A DNA stretch of 64,000 nt from contig CAWJCS010000003.1 of the NCBI GenBank assembly GCA_963841435.1, positions 1,472,001-1,536,000 of the forward strand. Reading direction: 5' to 3'. The DNA is from an uncultured delta proteobacterium (lineage in GTDB: Bacteria > Myxococcota_A > Polyangia > Polyangiales > Polyangiaceae). The notes under the pieces were generated by a model. That model worked only from the letters and a program-made list of their open reading frames with translations, ran no database searches and had not been told where the DNA came from. Positions 10,661-22,103 of the stretch are shown one piece after another. The position numbers and the translations under genes are program-made. The first letter of the stretch is position 1; each line of letters opens with the position of its first letter.

Positions 10661-13600
10661 TCAGGCGTCAACCGTGACACCGAGGCGCTCACGCACCGAC
10701 AGGTGGGCCCGGCCGACCGAGTAAACGAGCAGATCGCGTGCCCGCGCGACCGATTCCTGGGCGCCGGGGCGCGCCGCCTCGTTGCGCACGAAATTCGCGG
10801 CCACGTCGAGATCACCGCAGAGGATGAGCCCGGCGCGGTCGGCTGCCTGATCGACCGAGCGTATCCAACGCTTGAGGTCGAGCGCGGCACTGTCGGACAA
10901 GAGCTTCGACACGGTGTGCACGAGGTGATCGCGGTACTCACCGCTCGCGGCTCCCTGAAGCACGGATGCAGCCTCGGCAACCGACGCCTCGAGCTCGGGC
11001 GCGACCGGGAACTTCGGCTTCACGAGGCGAATCGCGCCGAGCAGCCAGGCCTTGAGCGCCGTGAGGTTCGGCAGCACCGTCCGGAGGCGCAGCCCGGGCA
11101 GCTGGTGAGCGAGCTCCGAGCCGGCGAGGAACGCGCTTTCGAGCGGCCCCATGTCCTCGGAGAACGCGCCCGCGCCGAGCACGACGGCCGGGTCCGGCGT
11201 CGCGAGCGGCGTTACGCGCGCCGGATCGGTCTGGCGCTGGAAGATGCGCGGCTCATCGGCCGGAAGGACCTGCGCGCCGTGGTAGAATGCATAAACGAGC
11301 CCGTGGGGGTAACGCTCCATATCGAGCTCGTCCTCGATGGACAGACCGTAGGCCGTCTCGGGCCGCCCGCGCACCGAGAGCACGTACGGCTGAATCAGGG
11401 AGAAGAGCGACGTGATGAGCGGCTCGCCGTCCGCGGGCATCACGAGCTCCATCCATTCCTCGGCCGACAGCCGGCGGCGCGCCACGACGAGCTCTTCGTT
11501 GCGGAAACGCGCGTAGAAACGCGACTCGTCCGGCTGCGCCTGGCCGAGGACGTGCAGCGCTTGGCAGCTCAGCCAGGCGCCGTCGGCGTGGCGTGACTGC
11601 GTGTGGACCCGCCGCATCAGTTGGTAGGGGTCGGGGCGGTACGGATCCACCTCGACCCAGAGTGCGAGCGTGTCGATGGCCTGGTCGGCGTAGGCAGCGT
11701 CGCTGGCGTAGGTGCGCGCGAGGCGCTCGAGCCATCTGACGCCGTCCGGCTCGACGTCGAGCGCCGACTCGTAGACGCGCGCCGCCTGCTCGACGCTGCC
11801 GAGGCGCTCGTAGGTCTCGCCGAGCTCGTCGAGCGTCGACAGAAGCTCCTTGTGCTGCCCGGCGGCGGCAAGCTTTTGCGCGCGAGCCTTGAGGAGGTCC
11901 TTGATGCCATCCCAGTCCGCAAGCCGCCGGCGAATGGCAAGCGCCTCCTGCATCGCGCCCTCGTGCGAGGGGTCGGCTTCGAGGGCGGCGTCGAGCAACC
12001 CGAGCGCCAGGTCGGGATCGCCGATTTCGCGCGCAGCGACCATGGCCGCCGTGTGCAAATACTTCGCCTTTTGCTTGGGATCGTCGACGAGCTCGGCGAG
12101 GCGCGTCACCACCTCGAGCAGGCGCGACCAGTCCTTCTCGGCGCTGAAGAGCTGCATGAGCCGCATGAGAATCCGGCGATCGTTCGGCGCGAGGTCGAGC
12201 GCCATGAGGAAGCAGCGCCCCGCGTAGTCGTTGTCGCCGAGCTTGTCGGCGACGATCTCGCCGAGCTCGACGAGCAACGGGACCCGCGCCTCGCCCTCGA
12301 GGAGCTCGATCTCGCGGCGCCGCATGTCCACGCTGCGCTGGAGGTCGCCGAGATCGGCGTACACGTCCGCGAGCGCATGGAGCGCCAAGCGCGATTCGGG
12401 GTCGAGGTGGACGGCGCGGTCGAGCTCCGCGAGCGCCTGTTGCCCCTTGCCCTGCTTGCGCAGCGCGTCGCCCAGCAGTCGCCGCGCGAGCGCCTCCTCG
12501 GCCGGTTCGAGCAGCTCGGCGTGCTCCTCGAGGAGCCGCCGCACGAGCTCCGCCGTGCGCTGCGGCGAGCCGTGCGCCGCGCTGATCTCGCACACCGGCA
12601 AGAGGAAGCTCGCGCTCTTGCCCAGCACGTCCAGAAACTGATCCGCTGCGGCGAGCGCCTTGTCGTGCGCGCCGGACTTCGCCAGCGAATCGACGTAGGC
12701 GAAGATCGTTTCGGCGACCTCGTCCTCGGGCAGTGCCTCCGCCTGAGTGACCACGGACTCGAGGCGCTTCGTGGCCTCGACGTAGCGCCCGTCGGCGTAC
12801 GCGACGCGCGCCTGCACGCGCAGACCGTCGAGGTTCGTGGGGTCGAGGTGCAGCGCCATCTGCGCCATCGCCATGGCGCGCTCGTCGTCGCTCAGGTGCC
12901 GGTGGCACACGAGCGCGATCTGACCTGCCACGGCCGCACGCGCACGGTCGCCTTGCGTCGCCGCGAGGCGCTCCTCGAGCAGCTCGACAGCCGCGGCGTG
13001 GTGCCCGACGTCGATGTACGCGGCGATCAGCTTGCGACTGGCCGTCGCGTGCTCCGGCACGGCATCGAGCGCGCGTTTGAGCTCGCGAATCGCGCCATGC
13101 TGATCGCCACGCTCGCGCAAGAGCTCCGCGGCTCGTACGAAGTGCTCGGCGCGATCGTTGGGTGTCGCCGCCGTGTCGGCGAGGCGCTCGATGGCAGCGA
13201 GCGCGCTCTCCGAGTCGCCGACGCGTGAGCGCAACCCCGCCAGGGCCGCGAGCGCGGCGGAGTGTTGCGGCGCAAGCTCGAGGACGCGCTCGAGCTCCTC
13301 GATGGCCCGTGTGAGGAGCCCGAGTCGCTCGTCGAACAACCGGGCGAGCGCGAGACCGGCGTCGATCTTCCACTCCTTGTCGGTCGACACTTCGATCTGG
13401 GACTCGTAGAGGTCTCGAAGCTCGTTCCAGCGCTCGAGGCGCCGGTAGTGGCGGGACAAATCCATCGCGGCATTCGAGCGCGACGGGTCGAGCGAAAGCA
13501 CGGCCTCCAGTGCCGCGGCGGCCTGCGTCGGGTCGAGGTACTCCTCGTCGTAGATGCCGGCGAGCCGCTCGTAGAAGCCGATCTTCTGCCGCGGCGTCAC

Positions 13601-15940
13601 GCTGAGCTCGATCTCCTGCTTTAGGACATCGACGAGCTCCCGGTAGCGCTGGCCTCGGCTCAGCACGCGATCGAGGCCGCGCAGCGCGTCGAGCTGCTTG
13701 GGGTCCTCCGCAAGGATGCGGCGAAACAACCGCTCCGCTTCGTCAACCTCGTCGAGCTCGACCTCGTAGGCCTCGGCAATCTGCATCACCTGGCGGTAGC
13801 GTTCCTCACCGCGCAGCGAGAGCGCGCGCGATTCGAGCAGCTCGAGCGCACGGCGGTTCTCACCGCGCGCCCTGAGCACGCCGGCCATGCCCTCCGCCGC
13901 CTTGCCGTGCCCCGGATCCTCGGCCAAAACCGCGGCGAAGAGCTCCTCGGCGGCGGCCGGGTTGCCGAGGCGCGTCGCGAGCACGTCGGCCGCCTCGGCG
14001 CGCAGGTCACGCGCCACGGGCGGCGCCGCAACGTCGGCCCGCCGCACGAGCACTTGCCCGAGCTCGGTCCATTGCTGGGCCTTGCGGTAGAGATCCGCCA
14101 GGGCCGTGAGCGCGGCATCGTTGCTGGGGTCGCGGGCGAGCACGGCGCTCAGGAGCTCTCGTGCCATGTCCTGCCGCGACAGCTTGCTCGCGTACCAGTC
14201 CGCGGCGCGAAGCAAGAGCGCCACGCGTGCCTCCTCGGCAAGCTCACCGTTGGCGGCGTCGGCGCAGCGGTCGAGCACCTCGGCCCAGGCCTTGCTGTTG
14301 CCGGAGGCGATGCGCTCGACGGCGCGCACGCGCTCCTCGGACAGCGGGTCTTCGCAGAAGGCCTGCGCGAACGCGACCACGGCCTGGTCCTTGTCGGCGA
14401 GCTCGCCGGCATAAAGCTCGCCGATCTCGGCGTAGCACTCGGCGCGCTCGAACGCCGACTTTGCCGCCTCGCTCCGCGCGAGGAAGAGCTCGACGAGCGA
14501 CTCGTGCTTCTTCAAGCGCTTCCGCAGGCGGACGAGCGCGGCGAAGCTCGAGGCGTCGCTCTCGTCGAGCTCGACGAGCCTCTCGTAGAGCGCTTCGGCC
14601 TGCTCGTAGTCGCCACCCGTCTCGAACAGGCGCGCGGCGCGCATCAACAAGCGCGGGATGGCGCGGCTCGCGCCGGGCGGGTCACGCTCCTCGACGACGT
14701 TGACGGCGTCGCAGAAACCCTGTGCGATGCGCAGCGCGTCCGCGCCCAGATCGACGCTCGCTTCGAGCGCCGCCGCCTCCTGCTCGTCGAGTGGGTTTTC
14801 GGCGAGGATCGCGAAGCGCCCCTCGAGCCGCTCGTCACTGACCCAGCTCGGCGGCCGCGTGGAAGCGCGCCAGACGCGACGGAGCGCCTCGAGCAGCTCG
14901 CTGCCGTCACGCGGCCGGTTGGCGGGCTCGCAATCGATGAGCAGCTGCACGAACGCGTCAACGTCCGGCCCCACGCCGCGCGCTCCCAGGAACGAGAGCG
15001 GCTCGGGCGTCTCCATGAGGTGCGAGACGGCGGTGTCGGCGGCGCTGCTGCCCTCGAAGGGGTCCTTGCCCGACAGGACCTGGTAGGCGAGCACGCCGAA
15101 CGCGTACACGTCGCTCGTCGGCTCGACGCCCTTGCCGCGCAGCGTTTCGGGAGCGATCCCCGACATCCAGCTACGATGCTGCACGCCCGGCGCGAGGGGC
15201 AGCGTGGGGCGGAGCAGGTGCGCCCCCGGATCGAGCAACATGACGCGTGGCGACGATAGTGAGCCGTCGAGCACGAGCACGTTGGCGAGGTGCAGCGCCC
15301 CGTGCACGAGGCGCCGCTCGTGCAGCATGGCAAGCGGTTCCGCGATGGCGTGGAGCAGGGGTAAAAGCTCGTTCACGTGGCGCGGCCCCGTGCGCTTGAG
15401 CGTCTCTGCCAGCGTCTCGCCCTCCAAAAAAGGGTGAGCGACGAGGAACGCGCCGCCCGCTTCTCGAGCGATCACGCCTTCGGGGAGTCCCGGGTGCGTC
15501 ACGCCCGCAGCACGGCGGGTCGCGAGGAGGTAACGCTGCGCGTCGCTCGTCGGCGCACCGGTGACGATGCGGAGCCGCATCAAGTCGCCGTCGTAGTACG
15601 CGCGGTGAACGACGGCGTTCGGCCCCGTGCCGAGCTCGGCGACGAGCGTGAAACCGGCCGCGTGAAGGGCGTCTTCCGTCGGTGGGATCGACGCGCCGTT
15701 CTTCGTGCGCAGCGCGCGACCTTCGGTCTGGCGCGCTCCCTCGACGGCGTCGATCAGCGCCTCGACGGCATCGTGCTCGACACAGCGCTCGGCGAGCGAA
15801 CGCGCGAAGGACGCCTTGGCGCCGGCGCCGCCGATCGCATCGGGCTCGAGGCCGAGCACGGCCAGTCCAAAATCCTGGAGCTCGACGAGATCGAAAAGGC
15901 GCTCGAGCTCCGCGCTCAGGGTGTCACTGGAGAGGGCCAC
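10661..15940 (-). CDS. Large protein with N-terminal kinase-like (probably inactive) domain and many TPR repeats
   Basis: Kinase fold remnants HGALHLANV, LLDPG, APE, SDVYAFG; long TPR array. Start placed at GTG 15940 (ORF open to 16003). Confidence 0.85.
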   Translation of the reverse strand: MALSSDTLSAELERLFDLVELQDFGLAVLGLEPDAIGGAGAKASFARSLAERCVEHDAVEALIDAVEGARQTEGRALRTKNGASIPPTEDALHAAGFTLVAELGTGPNAVVHRAYYDGDLMRLRIVTGAPTSDAQRYLLATRRAAGVTHPGLPEGVIAREAGGAFLVAHPFLEGETLAETLKRTGPRHVNELLPLLHAIAEPLAMLHERRLVHGALHLANVLVLDGSLSSPRVMLLDPGAHLLRPTLPLAPGVQHRSWMSGIAPETLRGKGVEPTSDVYAFGVLAYQVLSGKDPFEGSSAADTAVSHLMETPEPLSFLGARGVGPDVDAFVQLLIDCEPANRPRDGSELLEALRRVWRASTRPPSWVSDERLEGRFAILAENPLDEQEAAALEASVDLGADALRIAQGFCDAVNVVEERDPPGASRAIPRLLMRAARLFETGGDYEQAEALYERLVELDESDASSFAALVRLRKRLKKHESLVELFLARSEAAKSAFERAECYAEIGELYAGELADKDQAVVAFAQAFCEDPLSEERVRAVERIASGNSKAWAEVLDRCADAANGELAEEARVALLLRAADWYASKLSRQDMARELLSAVLARDPSNDAALTALADLYRKAQQWTELGQVLVRRADVAAPPVARDLRAEAADVLATRLGNPAAAEELFAAVLAEDPGHGKAAEGMAGVLRARGENRRALELLESRALSLRGEERYRQVMQIAEAYEVELDEVDEAERLFRRILAEDPKQLDALRGLDRVLSRGQRYRELVDVLKQEIELSVTPRQKIGFYERLAGIYDEEYLDPTQAAAALEAVLSLDPSRSNAAMDLSRHYRRLERWNELRDLYESQIEVSTDKEWKIDAGLALARLFDERLGLLTRAIEELERVLELAPQHSAALAALAGLRSRVGDSESALAAIERLADTAATPNDRAEHFVRAAELLRERGDQHGAIRELKRALDAVPEHATASRKLIAAYIDVGHHAAAVELLEERLAATQGDRARAAVAGQIALVCHRHLSDDERAMAMAQMALHLDPTNLDGLRVQARVAYADGRYVEATKRLESVVTQAEALPEDEVAETIFAYVDSLAKSGAHDKALAAADQFLDVLGKSASFLLPVCEISAAHGSPQRTAELVRRLLEEHAELLEPAEEALARRLLGDALRKQGKGQQALAELDRAVHLDPESRLALHALADVYADLGDLQRSVDMRRREIELLEGEARVPLLVELGEIVADKLGDNDYAGRCFLMALDLAPNDRRILMRLMQLFSAEKDWSRLLEVVTRLAELVDDPKQKAKYLHTAAMVAAREIGDPDLALGLLDAALEADPSHEGAMQEALAIRRRLADWDGIKDLLKARAQKLAAAGQHKELLSTLDELGETYERLGSVEQAARVYESALDVEPDGVRWLERLARTYASDAAYADQAIDTLALWVEVDPYRPDPYQLMRRVHTQSRHADGAWLSCQALHVLGQAQPDESRFYARFRNEELVVARRRLSAEEWMELVMPADGEPLITSLFSLIQPYVLSVRGRPETAYGLSIEDELDMERYPHGLVYAFYHGAQVLPADEPRIFQRQTDPARVTPLATPDPAVVLGAGAFSEDMGPLESAFLAGSELAHQLPGLRLRTVLPNLTALKAWLLGAIRLVKPKFPVAPELEASVAEAASVLQGAASGEYRDHLVHTVSKLLSDSAALDLKRWIRSVDQAADRAGLILCGDLDVAANFVRNEAARPGAQESVARARDLLVYSVGRAHLSVRERLGVTVDA

Positions 15941-16090
15941 GGGCGGTCTTTTACCACTACTGTAAGCGCCCGGCGTTATTCGCCACGCGGGCGCCAGAGA
16001 CACCCGGAAGAGCCCCCACGCGGCCGGGCCGGCTGCGGCCGGGCCGGGCCGGGCGTGCGGGGCAGGGCCCCTGCTTCCCGCCGCGATGCA

Positions 16091-18674
16091 TCAAGGCCAG
16101 TCGACGAGCGCGCCGCGGAGCTTCCAGTCGCCGTCCGTGTCGGCGTCAGCGTAGACGAGCTCGTCGGCCTCGAGCGCGAGCGGCACGCCCACGGCGGCCC
16201 GCGACCCGAGGCTCAAAAGCCGGCGGGGCTTGAACGACCCGAGATCGGACGGCACCACCGCGCCGTAGATCCCGGCGTCGTTTCCGGCTCGGATCGACAC
16301 GAGCACGTGGCAGCGGTCGGCGACGCAATCCAGGGCGAGCGCCATGGGCTCGCCGCTCTCGAGTGGGAAGCGCCGCGGCTGGCCGCGGGCCGCGCCCGAC
16401 GCGTCGATGAGCTCGAAGACCACGGCGGCGCTGCCAGGCGCTTCCTCCCGACCGCGCTCGAGCCAACCAAGCAGGAAGCCGTCGCCGAGCGGCTCGAGCT
16501 TGGGGGAAAACGAATGCCCGCGCGTGGCCATCACGCGCCGCTCGGCGCCCATGGGCGTCGCGTCGCGGCTCGCGAGCCGCGCGAGGTAAATGTCGGCCTC
16601 CCCAGGCTGCTCGGGGTCCCGCGCGTCGGCCCAGGCGACGAGCCCCGAATCGCCCGCCGCGACCAGTGTGGCACCCGTGGCCGAGCCCTTTGCCTTGGTC
16701 ACGCGCTGCTCGCTACCGATGCGGGTTAGCTTGGCGTCGAACGCGCGACGCATAGAGCTCCGGATCGCCGTCGCGCTCGTCGACCCAGGCGAGCAGCCAG
16801 CCGGTGTCGACGGGCGCGGCGGCAACGTCACCCGCGTCGCCGCTCTTGCGCGTCAGCATCCGCTGCGAGCGCCGCGTTCCGTCAGCCGTGAGCAGCGTGA
16901 GGAACACCTGCGGCTGCCCGGCGTCGACGCCCGTCCACGCCGCGAGCAGGTCGCCGGCGGCCGAACCGGGCGCGAGCGCGATGCCGCCGATCGAATGCGC
17001 GCGCAAGGACAGCGAGACCGGAGTGCCGCGCGGCGCACCCGACGCCTCGAGCGGCAGCAGATCGAGCTGGGCGCGCAGCGGTTCGTAGCGTCCGTCGGGA
17101 GCAGGCGCCCTCAGCTTCACCCACGGCGTCGTGGGGTCGAAATCGGTGACGTAGCCGGCGAGCCAGGCGGACCCGGCACGCGTGAGCGCAACGTCCGCGA
17201 GGGCGTCGGTGCTCGCGAGGACGCGATTTTCGCGGATGCGCGGGCGCTCGCCGCCACCGATGCGTCCGGCGGCGGGGCGAAACGTGTCCGAGCGGTGCTC
17301 GAGCTTCACGAGATAGACGGGCGCGGGCGCCTGGGCGAGCGCGGCGAGCGCGAAGCAGCGCGCGTCGCCGCACGAGAGACCGAAACCGAGCTCGGCCGGC
17401 TCCCCGGCGAGGGCGGCGAGGCGAAACGGCTCGGAGGCGCGAAGCTCGAGGCTCGGACCGAGGCGCACGTAGGTCGGCAGCACGTCGGCGTCGTCGCACT
17501 TGGCGCCGCGCCCGCAGGCCGCGCCGAGCGTCAGCGCCGCCACGCCGTCGCCGACGGCGGCCAGCTCTGGCACGGAGGCGTCGTCGGAATCGAACCAGAC
17601 GCGGCCCCGCTCGGCGCTGGCTCGCCCACCGGCGTCGATGGCCGCAATGTCGAAGGCGCGCAGCGTGCCGTTGCGCGCGGAGGGGCTTTCCCACGCGGCG
17701 TAGGCGCGAGCGCCGCCGGGGCGCGAGACGAGGCGCACGAGAACCTGTTCGCCGAGCGGCTGCGTCAGCGGGCCGGCCGGCACGCGGACGGTGCCGTCGG
17801 CGCCCACGACGGCCCGGTAGACGCGGCTCTCGCCGTCGCGCGAGTCGGACCAGGCGGCTATCACGTTGGTGCCCAGCGCCGCGAGATCGAAGTCGAGCCC
17901 GGCGTGCCCCGGCGCGCTCACGGGCACGGGCGCGCCGCCGGCCTCCCCGTCCGACCCGAGCAAGCGAACCTCCACTGCCCCGTCGGCGCGGACGACGCCG
18001 ATGGCCGCGCCGCCGGCGAACGGAATCGCCTGCCAGGCGCGTACCCCGGTCACGAGCGGCCGAGGATCGCCCTCGGGCTCGCCCTTGTCGCCGAGCACGA
18101 CGCCGACGAGCTCCGCGCTCTCGTCGCGCTGCACGGCCCACGCGACGAGCCAGCGCTTCCCGAGCGGCACCACCTCGATCCAGAGCGCGCGCGTCCCGAG
18201 CTCGACGAGCGCCCGCGGCGGCGCGACGAGCTCGCCATTGTCGCGAACCAAGGTCACCTCCACCCACTCGCCGAGCCCCGTGCGGCGCGTGCTCGCCACG
18301 GCGAGCACGGAGGCGCCCGGCCCGCCGCGCACCACGACGAGCCCGATGTCGGGCGGCGCGTCCGCGATGCGGCGCGCCGGCGCGATGGGCGTCCCGTCGG
18401 CGTCGGCCGCCAGCGCGTGCCAGCCGCGCCCACCCTCCTCGGCCGCGGCCCACACGACGAGCGCACCATGCGCGCTCTCGCCGACGTACGGCCCGAAGGT
18501 GCCGTCCGGCACGCGTGCGACCTCGGTGGCGTGCAGCGCCGGTACCGCGGGCTCGCTCGCACCGGCCACGGCTTTCGGCGGCGCGCGGCGCGCGCTCTTC
18601 GGCAAGGGCGTGCTCGAGCCGCAGGCGAGCGAAAGTGCGAAAGCGACGCAGGCGAACGCGAGCCGTCGGTCCAT
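16091..18674 (-). CDS. Hypothetical lipoprotein with repeated beta-rich units; one frameshift at 16740-16741
   Basis: Lipobox ALSLAC; repeated AW.D.RDG...Y motifs. ORFs 16713..18674 and 16091..16831 join as ELYASRV/DAKLTRIG if one T is removed. Confidence 0.75.
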
Positions 18675-18726
18675 GAGGGCGCGAAACGTACCACCGACCC
18701 CGGCGCTCTCAAGCTACGATGGCACG

Positions 18727-20385
18727 GTGACGCTGGCCGTGCGCCTGCTCCTGGCGATCGCCGCGGTGACGCTCACGACCGCTGCCCTCGCCGGCTTTGC
18801 GGTACGGGAGGCGTGGCGGCGCGCCGAGGAAGATCGTTTCGCAAAGGAGTTTCGCGGCGGCGCGACCCTGCTCGGCGAGGCCCTGAAGAGCGAGCTCGGG
18901 GCGCTCCCGCCACTCGTCGAGCCCGTGTGCCGTCACGATCCGATCGTCGATAGCGCGCTCGTGGGGCTTTCTGCCGGGGATCTCGGCGCGCGAAAATTGT
19001 CGATCGGCCTGCGCGTGCCGGAGCTCGGGCGCGGCCTCGGGCTCGACGAGCTCGTGCTCGTGACCTCGCGTGGGGAGATCTTGGGCGCGCTCGGACGGGG
19101 GGCCACGGCGGCGGACTCGCGACGGCTCGTCGAGCGCATCGCGAACGGCGGCGGCGCGGGCGTGCGCAGCGAGGCACCGCTCGCCGTCGAGGCGACGTGC
19201 CGCCACGGCGATGCTCGCGAATGGGTCGGTCTGTATGCGGCGCGTCACCTGGACGCGCTCCTCGCACGCGTCGGCCGTTCGTTCGACTTCAAGCTCCAGC
19301 TCGGCGAACCTGCGCCCGACCCCACGCTGCTCACCGAGACGCTGAGCCTCCCCGAGCTCCCCGGCGTGACGATCACGGCGTCACGCTCGCGCCGGCCGCT
19401 CGTGCAAGCCCTGCGCGGCCTCGACGCGACGCTCGTCGCCATCGGCGCCATCGCCCTCGCCGGCGCGCTGCTCTCGGCACTCCTGCTTTCGCGCGGGCTC
19501 GCGCGGCCGATCGTCGAAATGTCCCGGCAAGCGGCCGCCGTCGTGCACGGCGAGCCCCAGCCGGTCGCGCCCGGCGGCGGGCGCGAGCTCGTCCAGTTCG
19601 CCGAAGCGTTCAACCGTGCGATTTCCGACCTTGCGGCGCTACGCAAGCGTCTCGCGGCGACCGAGCGCATCGCGGCACGTCGCGAAATCGCGCGCCGCGT
19701 CGCCCACGAGATCAAAAACCCACTCTTGCCCATTCGGGCGGCGGTGGAAACGCTGCGCCGCCTGCGCGCCCGCGCCGACCCCGCGTTCGACGAGTACTTC
19801 GACGAGGCGACGCGCACCGTGCTCGACGAGGTCGCACGCATCAGCAACATCGTCGGTGAGTTCACACGCTTCGCCCGCCTGCCACCGCCACGTCCGGCGC
19901 CGATGGATCTCGTGGAGGCAGCGAGGGCCGTTGTCGGGCTGCACGCCGGCGAAGGCGCGAAGGTGACGCTCGCGGGCGAGTCGCGGCTCGCCATCGTTGC
20001 CGATCGCGACCAGATGGTGCAGGTCGTGACGAACCTCGTGCAAAACTCGCTCGACGCGGTTCAGGGCCGGCCCGACGCGGAGGTGACCGTCAGCGTGCAG
20101 CTGCGCGACGCGCGAGCGTGCCTCGTCGTGACGGACAACGGACCCGGCTTCCCGCGCGAGCTCGTCGAGCGCCCGTTCGAGCCGTACTTCACGACGAAGG
20201 CCCATGGCACCGGCCTCGGGCTCGCCATCGTCGAGCGGATCGTCGTCGAGCACGCGGGAACCATCCAGCTCGACACCGCTTACCAGGGGGGCGCCCGCCT
20301 CGTCATCGAGCTGCCGATTTCCGGACCGACCCTACTTACCGAAGCGCCCCCGGTGCCGAGCTCCGAGCGGGAGACCGGCTCCTAG
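18727..20385 (+). CDS. HAMP-domain sensor histidine kinase (NtrY-like)
   Basis: Two TM segments; H-box AHEIKNPL, N-box NLVQNS, DNGPG, FTTK, GTGLGL. Confidence 0.92.
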   Translation: MTLAVRLLLAIAAVTLTTAALAGFAVREAWRRAEEDRFAKEFRGGATLLGEALKSELGALPPLVEPVCRHDPIVDSALVGLSAGDLGARKLSIGLRVPELGRGLGLDELVLVTSRGEILGALGRGATAADSRRLVERIANGGGAGVRSEAPLAVEATCRHGDAREWVGLYAARHLDALLARVGRSFDFKLQLGEPAPDPTLLTETLSLPELPGVTITASRSRRPLVQALRGLDATLVAIGAIALAGALLSALLLSRGLARPIVEMSRQAAAVVHGEPQPVAPGGGRELVQFAEAFNRAISDLAALRKRLAATERIAARREIARRVAHEIKNPLLPIRAAVETLRRLRARADPAFDEYFDEATRTVLDEVARISNIVGEFTRFARLPPPRPAPMDLVEAARAVVGLHAGEGAKVTLAGESRLAIVADRDQMVQVVTNLVQNSLDAVQGRPDAEVTVSVQLRDARACLVVTDNGPGFPRELVERPFEPYFTTKAHGTGLGLAIVERIVVEHAGTIQLDTAYQGGARLVIELPISGPTLLTEAPPVPSSERETGS

Positions 20386-20495
20386 GCCCAGGTAGCCGGG
20401 AAAAAGCTGCTGCTCTTGTTCCGAGGGCCTCGACCTGAGTACGATTTCGATCTGCGGTGCCGCCTCGAGCCCTCGGGCGCGGCCACCGACTCGCG

Positions 20496-22101
20496 ATGGA
20501 AAGCCTTACACCACGACAGGTTCTGGGGATCGGGGCGCTGATCGCGAGCCTGCTCGCGACATCGCTCGTCGCGGGCTTCGAACAGCGAGCGTTCGTGCTC
20601 GGCGCGATCGTCACGCTCGTGGGCGCGATCGCCATCATCTATGCGGGCGGCGGCGGTGGCTCGAAGGAAACGGTCGAGCGGCTGCGTGCGGCCGCTCAGA
20701 AGGTCCTCGAGGGCAAGCGCCCCGACGTGCCGCCGGCGGCGCCGCCCGACGTCGCGCGGGCGTACGAATCACTCGGCGACGCAGCGGATGCCGTGGCGGC
20801 ACGCGTTCGCGCCACGGAGACGCTCGCCGACGGACTTACGGCGCTCGTCACGGGCCTCAAGCAGCTCACCGAAGGGGTCGCGACCCAGCTCACGGCCAGC
20901 GAAGAAGCCACGCGCTACGTCAAGGAGACCGCCGAGTCGTTGCGAGCCGCGGGGCAGAACGTCGAGGTGCTCGCCGCGAGCGCCGAGGAGTCGGGCTCGT
21001 CGATCATCGAGATGACGGCCAGCAACGAGACCGTGGCCGAGAACATCGTGGAGCTTGCCGGCAGCGTGCGCGAGACGGTCGCGTCGATCGAGGAGATGGC
21101 CTATTCCATCAAAGAAGTCGCCAAGAACGTCGACGCGCTCTCGCTCACCGCCGAGGAGACCAGCTCCAGCATGAACGAGATGGACGTTCTCGATCGACCA
21201 GGTCCAGTCGAACGCGAACGAGACGGCGCGCCTCTCGGAGGAGGTCGCTCACGACGCCGAGCGCGGCGCCGAATCCATCCTCAAGACCATCGGCGAGATT
21301 TACCGCATCAAGGAGAGCAGCCAGGAAGCCGTCAGCGTGATCTCGAATCTGGGGTCGCGGATCGACGCCATCGGGCAAATCCTCAACGTGATCGACGACG
21401 TTGCGGAGCAGACCAACCTGCTCGCGCTCAACGCCGCCATCATCGCCGCGCAGGCCGGCGAGCACGGCAAGGGGTTCGCCGTCGTGGCCGACGAGATCAA
21501 GGATCTCGCGGAGCGAGCGGGCGCGAGCACCAAGGAGATCGCCGATCTCATCAAGACCATCCAGTCCGAGAGCAAGAACGCCATCTCGGCCGTGGAGCGC
21601 GGCGCGCAGAACGTCGACCGCGGCGTCGAAGTCTCGAACGAGGCCGAGCGGGCTCTGAAGAAGATCCTCGAAAGCTCGCAGAAGAGCACCAACATGGTGC
21701 GCGCCATCGCGCGGGCCACGGTCGAACAGGCCAAGGGCAGCAAGCAAGTGACCGACGCCATCGGCCGCATCGCCAGCACCGTGCAGCAGATCGCCGCCGC
21801 GACCGCACAGCAGGCGCGCGGCTCGGAGCTCATCATGCGGAGCGGCGAAAAGATGCGCACCATCGCGCAGCAGGTCGAGCGCTCGACGCAGGAGCAGTCG
21901 CGTGGCAGCCGACAGATCACGCAGGCGATGGAGAGCATCAACAGCATGGTCGGGCAGCTGTCGACGGCCCAGCGCGCGCAGGTGCGCGGCGCCGAGCGAG
22001 GCCTAGCGATCGTGTCGCAGCTCGACGAGGCCGCGCGCAAGCAAGACGCGGCCCTGCGCGAGATCACCGTCAAGGCCGAGCGCACCCAAAAGCGCGCGTA
22101 G
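20496..22101 (+). CDS. Methyl-accepting chemotaxis protein; frameshift at 21187-21188
   Basis: Signalling hairpin [38 protein letters not shown]. The two frames join as MDV/SIDQVQ if one T is removed. Confidence 0.9.
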
Positions 22102-22103
22102 CC

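Noticed and set aside
16010-16065. GGCCG-rich low-complexity intergenic stretch
   Set aside because: No second copy and no clear structure or terminator tail.
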